Origin: Macrostomum lignano
Lineage: Eukaryota
Direction: 5' to 3'
Length of the DNA stretch: 64,000 nucleotides
Assembly (NCBI GenBank): GCA_002269645.1
Contig: NIVC01000754.1
Coordinates: forward strand, 248,001-312,000
Positions 12,185-24,119 of this stretch are shown one piece after another (position 1 is the first letter of the stretch; the number at the start of each line of letters is the position of its first letter). Under the pieces are notes generated by a model. The model saw nothing but the letters and a program-made list of their open reading frames with translations. It was not told the DNA's origin and made no database searches. Made by a program: the position numbers and the translations under genes.

Positions 12185-14684
12185 CGCTAAACGCTGAAAA
12201 GCCCGCATAATGGCTGGGTCGCGGGGCCGGTCAGGGAGGGCTGATGCACCTCAATTAGGAAGACAGAGGCTCATCTGGTGGCCCCGAGAAACTCGGGCCA
12301 GCCGGCATCGTCTGGGGACTGGTTGGACCCGAGGCAGCGGAGCCGGTCTCGGTTGAAGGCTCGGCAGAGGCAGAAGAAGTGCAGCTTGGCATCTTCGTTT
12401 TCAAGGTTGCAGAAGGGCCAGAGTAGGTTCTACTTTTTAGTTTAATAAATTTCAATTATAAATATGAGTGTTTCTAATTTTAATACTTTTTTCTACGTCA
12501 GGTTCCTAAAAGTACATCATGACAGCATTTTTTGGCAGTCTGGTTTCCAACGTCCACGAGGACTCAAGCTTGACTGTGTTGTATTTCGCTCTTTTGAGGG
12601 CCGTAAGAGGTCTCAAGTCTATGGCATTGAAGTATGGTCCTGTATGGCCTTGCATACAGTGTTCCCAGTGGTCCTTGCCAAAGCCATGTGCAGGTGCTGC
12701 TGCTGGCGCTGCTTATGGAGGAGTCTGAAAACATCTCTAATCTAAACACACTGAAGCTGTAAGATTCCAATCCAGCAGAAGATCGACATTCAAGTGTATT
12801 TTTCATCTCGCGATATAATGTGTTTTTATTACACACCTCACTCATTGTACCTTTCTCATTTTCTTCACACCCACTCAGACTCCAAACTTAGTTACTGAAA
12901 ACGTCTTCTTGCTTTGGGATGTGAGAGTTTTCGAAGCCGCCTTTGTTAAAGCATTCTATGAATACGTTTGATATTGTGTGTACTTAGCGCTGGTGGTATT
13001 ACTTTCATGACAAACCGCAGACAGAACAGCCCATAATGAGCAACAAATGTAAAGATCTTCACCATTAATACAGGAACATTTGCCTGAAGAGTGAAGAGTA
13101 TAATTTATCTAAGCAGGGAGTCACTTTTACTGCACTATCGAATAGCAATGAGATCGCATAGATAAGAGAGCAAAGTGCAAGGTATGCAGCATGTTCGGCT
13201 GGCAAAATCCTCGCTATAAAACTTTACAGACTAAATTTGGATCAGGCTTCGCGCTTTTATACAGCATCAATTTTAAGACAATGAATTTCAATAGAATGAG
13301 ATGGGGCAGCTAAACTCTGAGATCAGTGATCTCGCCATCAATGATGAGCATAAAAGGGAGCTGCAGAACAGGCTGCATCAACATGACAAGTCATCATGCG
13401 GAGAATTTCAGCGTATTGTACCCTGATTTCCACTCGTGCACAGAGATTTCAGTTTTTTTAGTGTATCCGTTCTTAGAATATAGTATTATGTATTAATATA
13501 ATTTTGTAATAGGCTATCAGTATTTCTGCAATAAAGTGATGGATAAAAGACGCTGGTGCCACTGCAGGGACTACTAACTACTTAGAGTAGAGTAATACTT
13601 TGAGTATTTAGCAGAGTCCCGGTGCCACTGCTACTACTGAGGCTCACACTGCTACTGATATACTGAAGCGGGTGCCAGAGCAGATTAAGAGAGCAGATGA
13701 AGATATGATAAGCGAATGAGCAGCGTAAGCTATGAAAGTTTTGATAAATTGAAGTTTTTTGCTAATGCGCATTGCTTGAAGAACTGAAAATTCATTAACG
13801 GTTGAATGAGACAGAAATTCCACACAGGCTAGCTCGCAGTCCTACAGCTACCTCGAGTTGAGCTTCTCTTCCCCAACGACAGGTTGGTCCGCAAGAAAAA
13901 TCAATGACTTTTCGCGGCAACCCCAAACGCACTGTCGCAACGCCATTACTCATAAGCTGGCCTGGGAGAGCACTGCTCTGCTGATCTCTTCCTGCTTGTC
14001 TGCTCACACGCATGCAGCTCTCCACTCTCTCCTGTTGCAGCCCCAGGCCCTCCCACAATACGCTGGGCTGGAAGACAAACTTGCAAACTGGTCTCTCCCG
14101 AAAATCGGCTTATCTATTAATCTTTCAGCAGCTGTTTTTTATTTCTCCGACACGGAACTTCCTTTAACTTGTCTTAGAGAGCTGTGGCTATGAGTAGGAT
14201 AAGCCGCAATAGGAAAGCTTGGGGGTTGGAGTGGGAGCAGGGAGGCGTGGGAAGAAAAACAATGGCGGGACGAAGTCGCTACAGCCGCCTATGAGTCTTT
14301 GAAGGACCCCGCATTTACAGCGAGTGTCCATCGAATCCTCTTTTCTCCTGCTCCTAAACCTCTTTTTTCTGAAAAAGCAATGGTTTTGTTTACCGGAAAT
14401 CACACACGGTTTTTCCAGATTCACCGGCATGCAAAAGCAGCACAAAGACTGGCAAATTCGCGCAGACCAGCATGCAACAAGAGTTCATTGAGCCAAGCAG
14501 ACTTTGAGCAAATGCAGGCAGCTGGAGAGTCGGAGCGGTGCGAGTTGCGGGTTCGCTCTGGAGCCGAGCACAACCACGTGACTTTGGATTTGCACTTTTA
14601 AAGTACATGATGTACATTGCAGCCATAGCGATTGGCTGCGATGGGTTCAAAACTTTGACTTATGGGAGCCACTGATGACTGTGA

Positions 14685-15448
14685 GTGCTGGGTGTCTGAG
14701 TGCTGGGTGTCTGAGTGCTGGGTGTCTGAGTGCTGGGTGTCTTCGTGCTGGGTGTCTTCGTGCTGGGTGTCTTCGTGCTGGGTGTCTTCGTGCTGGGTGT
14801 CTGAGTGCTGGGTGTCTGAGTGCTGGGTGTCTGAGTGCTGGGTGTCTGAGTGCTGGGTGTCTGAGTGCTGGGTGTCTGAGTGCTGGGTGTCTTCGTGCTG
14901 GGTGTCTTCGTGCTGGGTGTCTGAGTGCTGGGTGTCTGAGTGCTGGGTGTCTGAGTGCTGGGTGTCTGAGTGCTGGGTGTCTGAGTGCTGGGTGTCTGAG
15001 TGCTGGGTGTCTGAGTGCTGGGTGTCTGAGTGCTGGGTGTCTGAGTGCTGGGTGTCTGAGTGCTGGGTGTCTGAGTGCTGGGTGTCTTCGTGCTGGGTGT
15101 CTGAGTGCTGGGTGTCTGAGTGCTGGGTGTCTTCGTGCTGGGTGTCTGAGTGCTGGGTGTCTTCGTGCTGGGTGTCTGAGTGCTGGGTGTCTGAGTGCTG
15201 GGTGTCTGAGTACTGGGTGTCTGAGTGCTGGGTGTCTGAGTGCTGGGTGTCTGAGTGCTGGGTGTCTGAGTGCTGGGTGTCTGAGTGCTGGGTGTCTGAG
15301 TGCTGGGTGTCTGAGTGCTGGGTGTCTGAGTACTGGGTGTCTGAGTACTGGGTGTCTGAGTACTGGGTGTCTGAGTGCTGGGTGTCTGAGTGCTGGGTGT
15401 CTGAGTGCTGCGTGTCTGAGTGCTGGGTGTCTGAGTGCTGGGTGTCTG
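14685..15448. repeat. 15-bp minisatellite (gagtgctgggtgtct)
   Basis: Direct inspection. Confidence 0.93.
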
Positions 15449-15892
15449 CAGCGCCTTCACTTGACCTCTCCAGGCACTTCTGGTGAGATGCCGCCGCCCG
15501 TCACGTGACCCGCTGGGCGCGCTCTGAGCTCAGGTGACTGGGAGCAGCTCGGCTACCCTCAGGGGCTGAAGAGCTGATGGCTCCGGACTCGATCCCAGAC
15601 CTCCGGGCCTGAGCCAATCCGTCAGTGCGATGGGACTGGGAGTTCACTGCGTTTGTTCCGGTTGATTAGTGATGTCGTTGCTTTTATGGCACTGGATTTC
15701 AAACTCCTGCATCTGCAAATCCAGTTGCCAAAGAAGTGGCTAGTAGCAAAGAGGTTGGTTAGAGTCTCACTGCATTTCTTGAACTAGTTGGGCAGCTAAC
15801 CTGTACTGAATGCTGTGGCCCAAGCAATGCCTAGGAATTCAGTAACGAATGCTCGCCAGGGAGCTGCGTCTGTCCCAGACACAGTATTGATT

Positions 15893-16372
15893 ATGCAGGC
15901 ACAGTATTGATTATGCAGGCACAGTATTGATTATGCAGGCACAGTATTGATTATGCAGGCACAGTATTGATTTTGCAGGCACAGTATTGATTATGCAGGC
16001 ACAGTATTGATTTTGCAGGCACAGTATTGATTATGCAGGCACAGTATTGATTTTGCAGGCACAGTATTGATTATGCAGGCACAGTATTGATTTTGCAGGC
16101 ACAGTATTGATTATGCAGGCACAGTATTGATTATGCAGGCACAGTATTGATTATGCAGGCACAGTATTGATTATGCAGGCACAGTATTGATTATGCAGGC
16201 ACAGTATTGATTTTGCAGGCACAGTATTGATTATGCAGGCACAGTATTGATTTTGCAGGCACAGTATTGATTATGCAGGCACAGTATTGATTTTGCAGGC
16301 ACAGTATTGATTATGCAGGCACAGTATTGATTATGCAGGCACAGTATTGATTATGCAGGCACAGTATTGATT
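15893..16372. repeat. 20-bp minisatellite (cacagtattgattatgcagg)
   Basis: Direct inspection. Confidence 0.93.
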
Positions 16373-16445
16373 ACTGAAACTGGATGGGAGCAATGGCTCT
16401 CGTATTTCTTCTGTGAATTTCTGTTTTGAAGTCGTGTGAATCTAA

Positions 16446-16650
16446 GTGCCTCTCCCTGAGTGCCTCTCCCTGAGTGCCTCTCCCGGAGTGCCTCTCCCGG
16501 AGTGCCTCTCCCGGAGTGCCTCTCCCGGAGTGCCTCTCCCGGAGTGCCTCTCCCGGAGTGCCTCTCCCGGAGTGCCTCTCCCGGAGTGCCTCTCCCGGAG
16601 TGCCTCTCCCGGAGTGCCTCTCCCGGAGTGCCTCTCCCGGAGTGCCTCTC
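16446..16650. repeat. 14-bp minisatellite (gtgcctctcccgga)
   Basis: Direct inspection. Confidence 0.92.
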
Positions 16651-17032
16651 CTGCGGCGTAATGCTATTCGCAGGCCTTAGTAATTTAATTTTACACATTG
16701 CTTCAACAAGCAATGCATTTCACACAGATCGAATCAGACAACTTATCCAACTATGCGATCAAAACTTAAGCGACATTTTCATAGGGCAAGAGATTTGTTC
16801 CGAAAGCCATGGTTAAAAACACAAGGCTATGACATTAATAAATACTCATTCGGGCGCTGACGTCTCGTGAATGTTTTGTGCTAGGCTGCATTGACACCGA
16901 AAAGCGATGCCGATCTCTGGTTCTACTTGATCAGGTGGGCCCGGTATTGCATTTCTTCCCCAACTGAGCAACGCAACCCAGCTTTTGACCTCCGACTGAA
17001 TTTGGCTGGACAGGTGTTCTCCAGACACTGGG

Positions 17033-17226
17033 CCTGTCCCAGGGTTGCTCACATGAGGACTTGTCCCAGGGTTGCTCACATGAGGACTTGTCCCAGGGTT
17101 GCTCACATGAGAACTTGTCCCAGGGTTGCTCACATGAGGACTTGTCCCAGGGTTGCTCACATGAGAACTTGTCCCAGGGTTGCTCACATGAGGACTTGTC
17201 CCAGAGTTGCTCACATGAGGACTTGA
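17033..17226. repeat. 27-bp minisatellite, about 7 copies
   Basis: cagggttgctcacatgaggacttgtcc. Confidence 0.9.
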
Positions 17227-17509
17227 CCTGCCTGCGACCAATTTCTTCTGCAGCTGCAGCAGGCAAAGTTGCCCGTGCCGTGTGCGGTCTGCAGCCTGAA
17301 AAAACCCGGCTTGTCACAAGTCCAATTCGGTTTAGACTTCATTGCCGAGCATCTCTCTCGAGCTTCTCTTCGAGACCTCGGGCCTGAATTTTGGAACTGA
17401 GGATGGACTGACCCAGTCTATTGACACTACCTCGAGCTCACATTCCAAAGTCAGTGAAGCCATCTGGCTAAAGGCCTGGTGTTGTGTGGTCCGCTGAGAA
17501 GGGTCCTCT

Positions 17510-17735
17510 TATCTCTGCAGCTGCCTCTACTCTCTTTGTAGCTGCATCTACTCTCTCTGCAGCTGCATCTACTCTCTCTGCAGCTGCCTCTACTCTCTCT
17601 GCAGCCGCCTCTACTCTCTCTGCAGCCGCCTCTACTCTCTCTGCAGCTGCATCTACTCTCTCAGCAGCTGCCTCTACTCTCTCTGCAGCTGCCTCTACTC
17701 TCTCTGCAGCAGCCTCTACTCTCTCTGCAGCTGCT
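17510..17735. repeat. 21-bp minisatellite (gcagctgcctctactctctct)
   Basis: Direct inspection. Confidence 0.9.
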
Positions 17736-18228
17736 GTTTCAGCATCTCACTCTCTTCCACCGCCCCAATTTCATTTAACATTTTATCAGCAGTAGAGTTA
17801 AAAAACGACAGCCACTCAGTGCTGAGAGTCGGGCAGTTCCGGTATGCTAGAGAGTCGCACATGAGTATATTTGAGTAATTCCTCACAAAGCTCACAAAAT
17901 AGCGACAGCAGCTGATGGCTAACAGCAAAGAAATTGAGTGAAGCAAAGCATTTGAGCAGTTAAACTGCTTGAGGATAGAGGAGATCAGTTAACGCCTGCG
18001 GTGCAGATAAACAAGTTGAGCTTAAATGAGAAACGTCAATAGGTGCATCTGGAACTCAGTCACAGGGGAATTGAAGCAGTATGCAAGTTTCAGCACTGCA
18101 AAGAGTCACGTAAAAAATTCAGGAAAATGGAAAAAAAGCACAAAACAAACTGTAAATAGTGCTTTACTTACGCGCATCGTGCATAAAATATTCAAAATCT
18201 TTACAAACATATTTAGAAGCATCTCGGC

Positions 18229-19164
18229 TTAGCGCTGCGAGTCAGACTTTTTCACCAGGAACTCGTGCTCCAGCAGCTCCTGTGCGGATCTTCTTCTCCT
18301 GCGGTCCTTGGCGGTGCAGCGGCTGTAGAAATCCCTCAGTTCCGCAGACCGGCCGTCCGGCAGGGCGGGGGCGCCCTTCCTGTCAAGATGCTGGGCCATT
18401 TCCCAGAAGCTTTTGACTCTGGTGAATGGTTTGTTACCGGAGGCCATCTGGAAGACCGAGCAGCCGAACGCCCAGATGTCCGACTCTCTGCTGCACTGCA
18501 CGCATTCCGAGGTGCCGATTCCGAGCAGCTCTGGCGCCATGAAGTTCAGAGTGCCTTTCAATGCCTCCGGGAATGATGAGTGGCGACTGACTATCTGCTC
18601 CAGCTTGATTGACAGGCCGAAGTCAATCAGCTTGATTCGCGTGTTGTCAGCACAAATAATTATGTTCGAGCAGTTGATGTCTCTGTGGATCACGGGCGGC
18701 TGCCGGCTGTGCAGGTAGATCAGCGCGCGGCAGATCTGCGAGCGGTCGGTCAGTGAGCAGCATCATTCATGGGAACATGGAACAGGAGCAAAGGATGCAC
18801 AATGCTCACCTGCTCGCTGAAGTCTCGAATCGTCAGCTCGTACAGTGGCCTGTTGTCGATAAACCTCTCCAAGCTTCGGCCGTCCAGCAGCTCCATGAAC
18901 ACAACGACTGTGGCGGGCTCCGGCTGAGCGATGTGCAAGAACCTGACGATGTTGGGATGCCGCAGTCGGCACAGGTTTCTCTCGCTCTCGACAGCTCTGT
19001 GGATCTCTGTGCTCACAGAGGTTTGGTCATCACCGAGCTGCACAGGCAGTCTGAGAGTCTTGGCAGCGCACCTGATGTCTCTGTCAGTGACAACTTCCTG
19101 AATGTCACCAAAGAATCCTCTTGCAACGAAGCCATCGGAGTCCCAACTCTCCCTGAAAACGGGG
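18229..19164 (-). CDS. Kinase domain 2 (two exons, intron 18736-18809)
   Basis: VARGFFGDI (degenerate Gly loop), CAAKTL, HPNIVRF, IHRDINCSN, LIDFGLS, GTLNFMAPE, SDIWAFGC; stop at 18229-18231. Confidence 0.9.
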
Positions 19165-22100
19165 CTGTTAGGAAAAGTGAAAAGCGAATCAGGATGCGTT
19201 AAGCCGCTGATCAGAATTTTGGCATCGCCTGACAGACAGGCTAAAATGAGGAGATGCACGGGAGTCACAGCAGTTGAATGAATTGATTGGATTTCATTCC
19301 AGTAAAACTCAGCTCTCACAGATTCGCGGCAAATTGCTCGCACTGTTTTTGAGTCTGATCAGGGCTTCTGCTTCATCGAAGGGAATTGAGCACAATATTT
19401 CTCCGAGCTTCAAGCTGGCGCCTCAATGATCAGTGCTCAAAGTATGCGGTGCAACTTTAGCGTGAGCACATGTTGAGGCCGCTTGACTACTGATGAAAAG
19501 TGCAACATTGGTCTCACCTCTGCATCAGCATCATATCGCACAGGTATCTAAGTCTAGCCGAATTACTGTACATTTTTACCTGACGATGAGGAACTCGTGC
19601 CCCATCAGCTCCAGTGCGGACTTTCTGCTTTTGCGGTCCATGGCGGTGCAGCGGCTGTAGAAGTCCTGCAGCTCCGCAGAGCAGCCCGTCAGCAGGGCGG
19701 GGGCACCGCCGCTTCTCAGCTTCTCGGGCAGCGTCTGCGGCATTTTGTGCTCAGCGAAGGGCCGCCTGCCCGAGGCCATCTGGAAGACCGAGCAGCCGAA
19801 CGCCCAGATGTCCGACTCTCTGCTGTACCGCGGGCTGTCCGACTCTTCTGGTGCCAGCAGCTCCGGAGCCAAGAAGTTAAGAGTGCCTTCGGGGGTGGCT
19901 TTGGAGGCTGAGATGTGGCTGACTGACTGCTCCAGCTTGACTGACAGGCCGAAGTCGATCAGCTTGATTCGCGTGTTGTCGGCACAAACAATTATGTTCG
20001 AGCAGTTGATGTCTCTGTGGATCACGGGCGGCTGCCGGCTGTGCAGGTAGATCAGCGCGCGGCAGATCTGCGAGCGGTCGGTCAGTGAGCAGTCATCATT
20101 CATGGGAACATGGAACAGGAGCATCAAGGCTGCACAATGCTCACCTGCTCGCTGAAGTCTCGAATCGTCAGCTCCTCCAGTGGCCTGTTGTCGATAAACC
20201 TCTCCAAGCTTTTGCCGTCCAGCAGCTCCATGAACACAACGGCTGTGGCGGGCTCCGGCTGAGCGATGTGCAAGAACCTGACGATGTTGGGATGCCGCAG
20301 TCGGCACAGGTTTCTCTCGCTCTCGACAGCTCTGTGGATCTCTGTGCTCACAGAGGGCAGCTCATCAACAAGCTGCACAGGAAGTTTAAGAGTCTTGGCA
20401 GCGCACGTGACGCCCGTGTCAGTTCGAACTTCGTGGACTTCGCCGAAGCCACCGCGACCGATGAGGCGAACGGCGTCCCAGCGCTCCCGGAACGGGGGGC
20501 CTTCGGGACTGAGAGGATGCGAATTGAAGCAATGAGGGATAATTTGCATGCTGTAGCTGTGTGCTGTAGCTGTGTGTGCTGTAGCTGTGTGCTGTAGCTG
20601 TGTGATGTAGCTGTGTGTGCTGTAGCTGTGTGTGCTGTAGCTGTGTGCTGTAGCTGTGTGCTGTAGCTGTGTGTTGTAGCTGTGTGTGCTGTAGCTGTGT
20701 GCTGTAGCTGTGTGCTGTAGCTGTGTGTGCTGTAGCTGTGTGTGCTGTAGCTGTGTGCTGTAGCTGTGTGTGATGTAGCTGTGTGTGATGTAGCTGTGTG
20801 TGCTGTAGCTGTGTGTGCTTTAGCTATGTGCTGTAGCTGTGTGTTGTAGCTGTGTGTGCTGTAGCTGTGTGCTGTAGCTGTGTGCTGTAGCTGTATCCTG
20901 TAGCTGTGTGCTGTAGCTGTGTGTGCTGTAGCTGTGTGTGCTGTAGCTGTGTGCTGTAGCTGTGTGTGATGTAGCTTTGTGTGCTGTAGCTGTGTGCTGT
21001 AGCTGTGTGTGCTGTAGCTGTGTGCTGTAGCTGTGTGCTGTAGCTGTGTGCTGTAGCTGTGAGTGATGTAGCTGTGTGCTGTAGCTGTGTGTTGTAGCTG
21101 TGTGTGCTGTAGCTGTGTGCTGTAGCTGTGTGCTGTAGCTGTGTGTGCTGTAGCTGTGTGCTGTAGCTGTGTGCTGTAGCTGTGTGCTGTAGCTGTGTGC
21201 TGTAGCTGTGTGCTGTAGCTGTGTGCTGTAGCTGTGTGCTGTAGCTGTGTGCTGTAGCTGTGTGTGCTGTAGCTGGGTGTGCTGTAGCTGTGTGCTGTAG
21301 CTGTGTGTGATGTAGCTTTGTGTGCTGTAGCTGTGTGCTGTAGCTGTGTCCTGTAGCTGTGTGCTGTAGCTGTGAGTGCTGTAGCTGTGTGTGCTGTAGC
21401 TGTGTGCTGTAGCTGTGTGTGATGTAGCTTTGTGTGCTGTAGCTGTGTGCTGTAGCTGTGTCCTGTAGCTGTGTGCTGTAGCTGTGTGTGCTGTAGCTGT
21501 GTGTGCTGTAGCTGTGTGCTGTAGCTGTGTGTGATGTAGCTTTGTGTGCTGTAGCTGTGTGCTGTAGCTGTGTGCTGTAGCTGTGTGCTGTAGCTGTGTG
21601 CTGAAGGAACTCACGGCAGTGCCATAGGCTCATCGAAGTAGATCTTGCCGTCGTACCTAAATGGGCAGTGCAAAGTGTGAAGTCAGGAAATTCAGATAGG
21701 AGTCCATCCATGCTCTGTGCTTCATTATATCGTTTTTATTGTTTTTTATTAAAATAACTATTCCTAATAATTTTGAGCTCAAATGCCACACCACAATGCT
21801 TCTTGCTGGTGTCTCACAGCTCGCAGGCAGCTGAACATTAACATTTAACTGGCAATCTGCAGTCAAACTGCACTGCAAACTCCATTTAAACTACAAAACT
21901 CATTCAATATTCAATCATAAATTACAGCATAATGTTTATCAATGATAAATCAAAATGATAGTGACATTCTCAGTCGCCATGGAAACTCACCCACGCAGCA
22001 GCTCCGCCAGTTCGCTCTTTCCGTGCTGTGTGGCCAAATCCAGCGCAGTCCTGCCGTCTCTGTACTTCAGGCTCCAATCCGCCCCTGAGTTCAGCAGAAC

Positions 22101-23782
22101 CTGACCGACTGCGGCGGCGGTGGCGGGGTGCGCAAAGGCCGCCCCCATGAGGGCCGTGAATTTCCAGTGACCCCTGGCATTGGTGGAGGCTCCGGAAGTC
22201 AGCAGAGCGGAGGCTGCGGCAGAATTGCCAGCCAAGGCTGCATGGTGCAGGCAACTGTCAGCACATTTATCCGCACAGGTGGGGTCACCCAGCTGCACCA
22301 GCTGCTCCCACAGAGCCTCATCACCGCACGAGCTGCTTTGAGCTGCCCACATCAACGCGGTGCGACCCTCATCGTCAGGCAGGTCGCAGCTGCCGCAGGT
22401 CGCCGCTCGCCGCAGCCCCGCCGAGTCGCCCGCCTTGGCCAGCCGCTGCAGTTCCTGTCGATCCGCCTCCTCCTGCAAAGGCGAGCGGGAAATTTGAGCA
22501 CAGCTGCTCAGCTGCAGCCGCATCGGCACCGCAGATGCCGCTCACCTGGGCTGTCAGGCCGGAGATATAGCCCTGTGCATCCACAACCAGCCGCATCTCC
22601 CTGCAACAGCAACAATGAGCAGCGATGTCGCAGTTGTCTCAAACACGACAATTACGATCGCGAAAATAAACTTTAAGAAGTTGCAGGACAAAATTTTTTC
22701 TCTTATCGATCACATGGATGCCTACCTGCCTACCTACCTACCGACAAACCATTTTTAGTATATGAATTCTTAATTATCTGAGCTGCCCACAGACAGTTTC
22801 GAAGAGGACTGCAGCAGCTCTGCAACAATCAGCATTGGCGAGAGCGCATCCGACTTCTCACACGCAGCTCATTTTCAATTTCTGCAGCATGAGTTTCCTT
22901 CCATCTCACAATGTCTCACAAAGCACTCACGCACAGCCTCCCAGTTCTCCATCTGCAGCTCAACCCACACACTCTCACTGCAATACGAGGCCCTACAGCT
23001 TCTGCGCAACAGCAACTGAGATCAACCGCCACCCCATTAGCTGGGAGGCATGGACACAGAAGCGAACTGCTCACTCACCGCTCGATGTAGCTGGCCAGCT
23101 CTGAGTGGCCACTGCGACTCGCCAGGTCCGACGCCGTCCGACCCTCGGAATTCTTCAGTTCGAGCAGCCTCTTCGAGTTTCCATGCTCCAGACACTTAAT
23201 GAAACTTTTCTGCCTGAGCAGGTGCAGCAGGTGCTTGGCGCATTTCCAGCTTCCAGTCTGCGCCGCCTCCATCAGCGGAGTGGCGCCGTTGTCGTTCCGC
23301 AGCCACTTCGCATCGAACGAAAGCAGCGTCAGCAGCCGCAGGTGGTCCCGCCGGGCTGCCAGGTGCGCAGCCGTGTCGCCGTTCGCGTCAGTCGCCTTGG
23401 GGTTCGCGCCCAGCTCAAATAAGTACAAGATGCACTTTTCAGTGTGCACGGGAGTTTCAGAAGCGTCGGCCACCAGCATGAGGACGGTCCCACGAGCTTC
23501 ATCAGCGCTGGTGACCAGCTGGCGCGTTGCCAGCCGCCGCACCTGGCCGAAGTCACCTCGGCTGACAAGCTGGTCGAGAGTCTGGAGATTCGAACATGTG
23601 AGTGAGTTGCTGCAACTACAACTGAGGCACCCAAGCTGCACACGAGGAAGTAAGTACAAAGAAAAAATATTTTATTTAATTTACTGCTTTAACACTCAGA
23701 AACAAATATAATACTTTAATCAAAATTAAACAGTAATTTAATAAGGTACCTTATCCTGTTCCATAGAGGCTTCACTGCCCAT
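18229..23782 (-). CDS. Ankyrin-repeat protein with two Ser/Thr kinase domains (STE11/MAP3K-like), about 942 aa if both kinases are spliced into one mRNA
   Basis: Exons: 23782-23750 (MGSEASMEQDK), 23581-23079, 22600-22546, 22472-21991, 21656-21615 (YDGKIYFDEPMALP), 20508-20145, 20067-19580, 19164-18810, 18735-18229. All junctions are GT-AG and in phase. The link from kinase 1 to kinase 2 is the least certain, because unspliced read-through gives a TAA at 19576-19578. Confidence 0.78.
19580..20508 (-). CDS. Kinase domain 1 (two exons, intron 20068-20144)
   Basis: IGRGGFGEV, CAAKTL, HPNIVRF, FMELLDG, IHRDINCSN, LIDFGLS, GTLNFLAPE, SDIWAFGC. Confidence 0.92.
20550..21602. repeat. tgtagctgtgtgc satellite, paralogous to 5225-6902
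   Basis: Same motif in the equivalent intron; shares the variant gctttagctatgtg (about 6537 and 20818). Confidence 0.92.
21991..22472 (-). CDS. Ankyrin-repeat module 2 exon of the ANK-kinase gene
   Basis: Paralogous to 7355-7839, with the same splice sites and phases. Confidence 0.9.
23079..23581 (-). CDS. Ankyrin-repeat module 1 exon of the ANK-kinase gene
   Basis: Paralogous to 8538-9046, with the same splice sites and phases. Confidence 0.9.
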
Positions 23783-24119
23783 TATGCGCACCCCGACCAG
23801 CTTCTTCTCAAGTCAGCCTGAAAAGAAAACTGCATGAGCAGCCGCTTCAGCACAGGATATTTTATATCGTTCTGAGAAGACAGTGCCTGAGATATGCACT
23901 GCTCGTGCCTGATTGGCTCAATGCGAGCCGGGTGCTTTGGTCTCGAATTCTCTTACGCACGGAATGAATACTACTTATGGTAGTAGCGGTTGGAGTGCAG
24001 ACTTGCAGATTCGAGTGGGCAGTGAAAAATGGCACAGCTGAGAGAGGAGAGGAGTGGTTTGATGAGAAATAAAATCGACAGTGGTAGATGGAATATGCGG
24101 AGAAAATATGCAGATATAA

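Noticed and set aside
12200-14660. Scattered short ORFs between the two ANK genes; possible degenerate transposase or extra exons
   Set aside because: Multiple stops in all frames and no diagnostic motif.
19518-19547. 30-nt micro-exon (YLCDMMLMQ) between the two kinases
   Set aside because: It is in phase, but needs a 32-nt upstream intron, much shorter than the 70-80-nt short introns in this window; kept only as an alternative.
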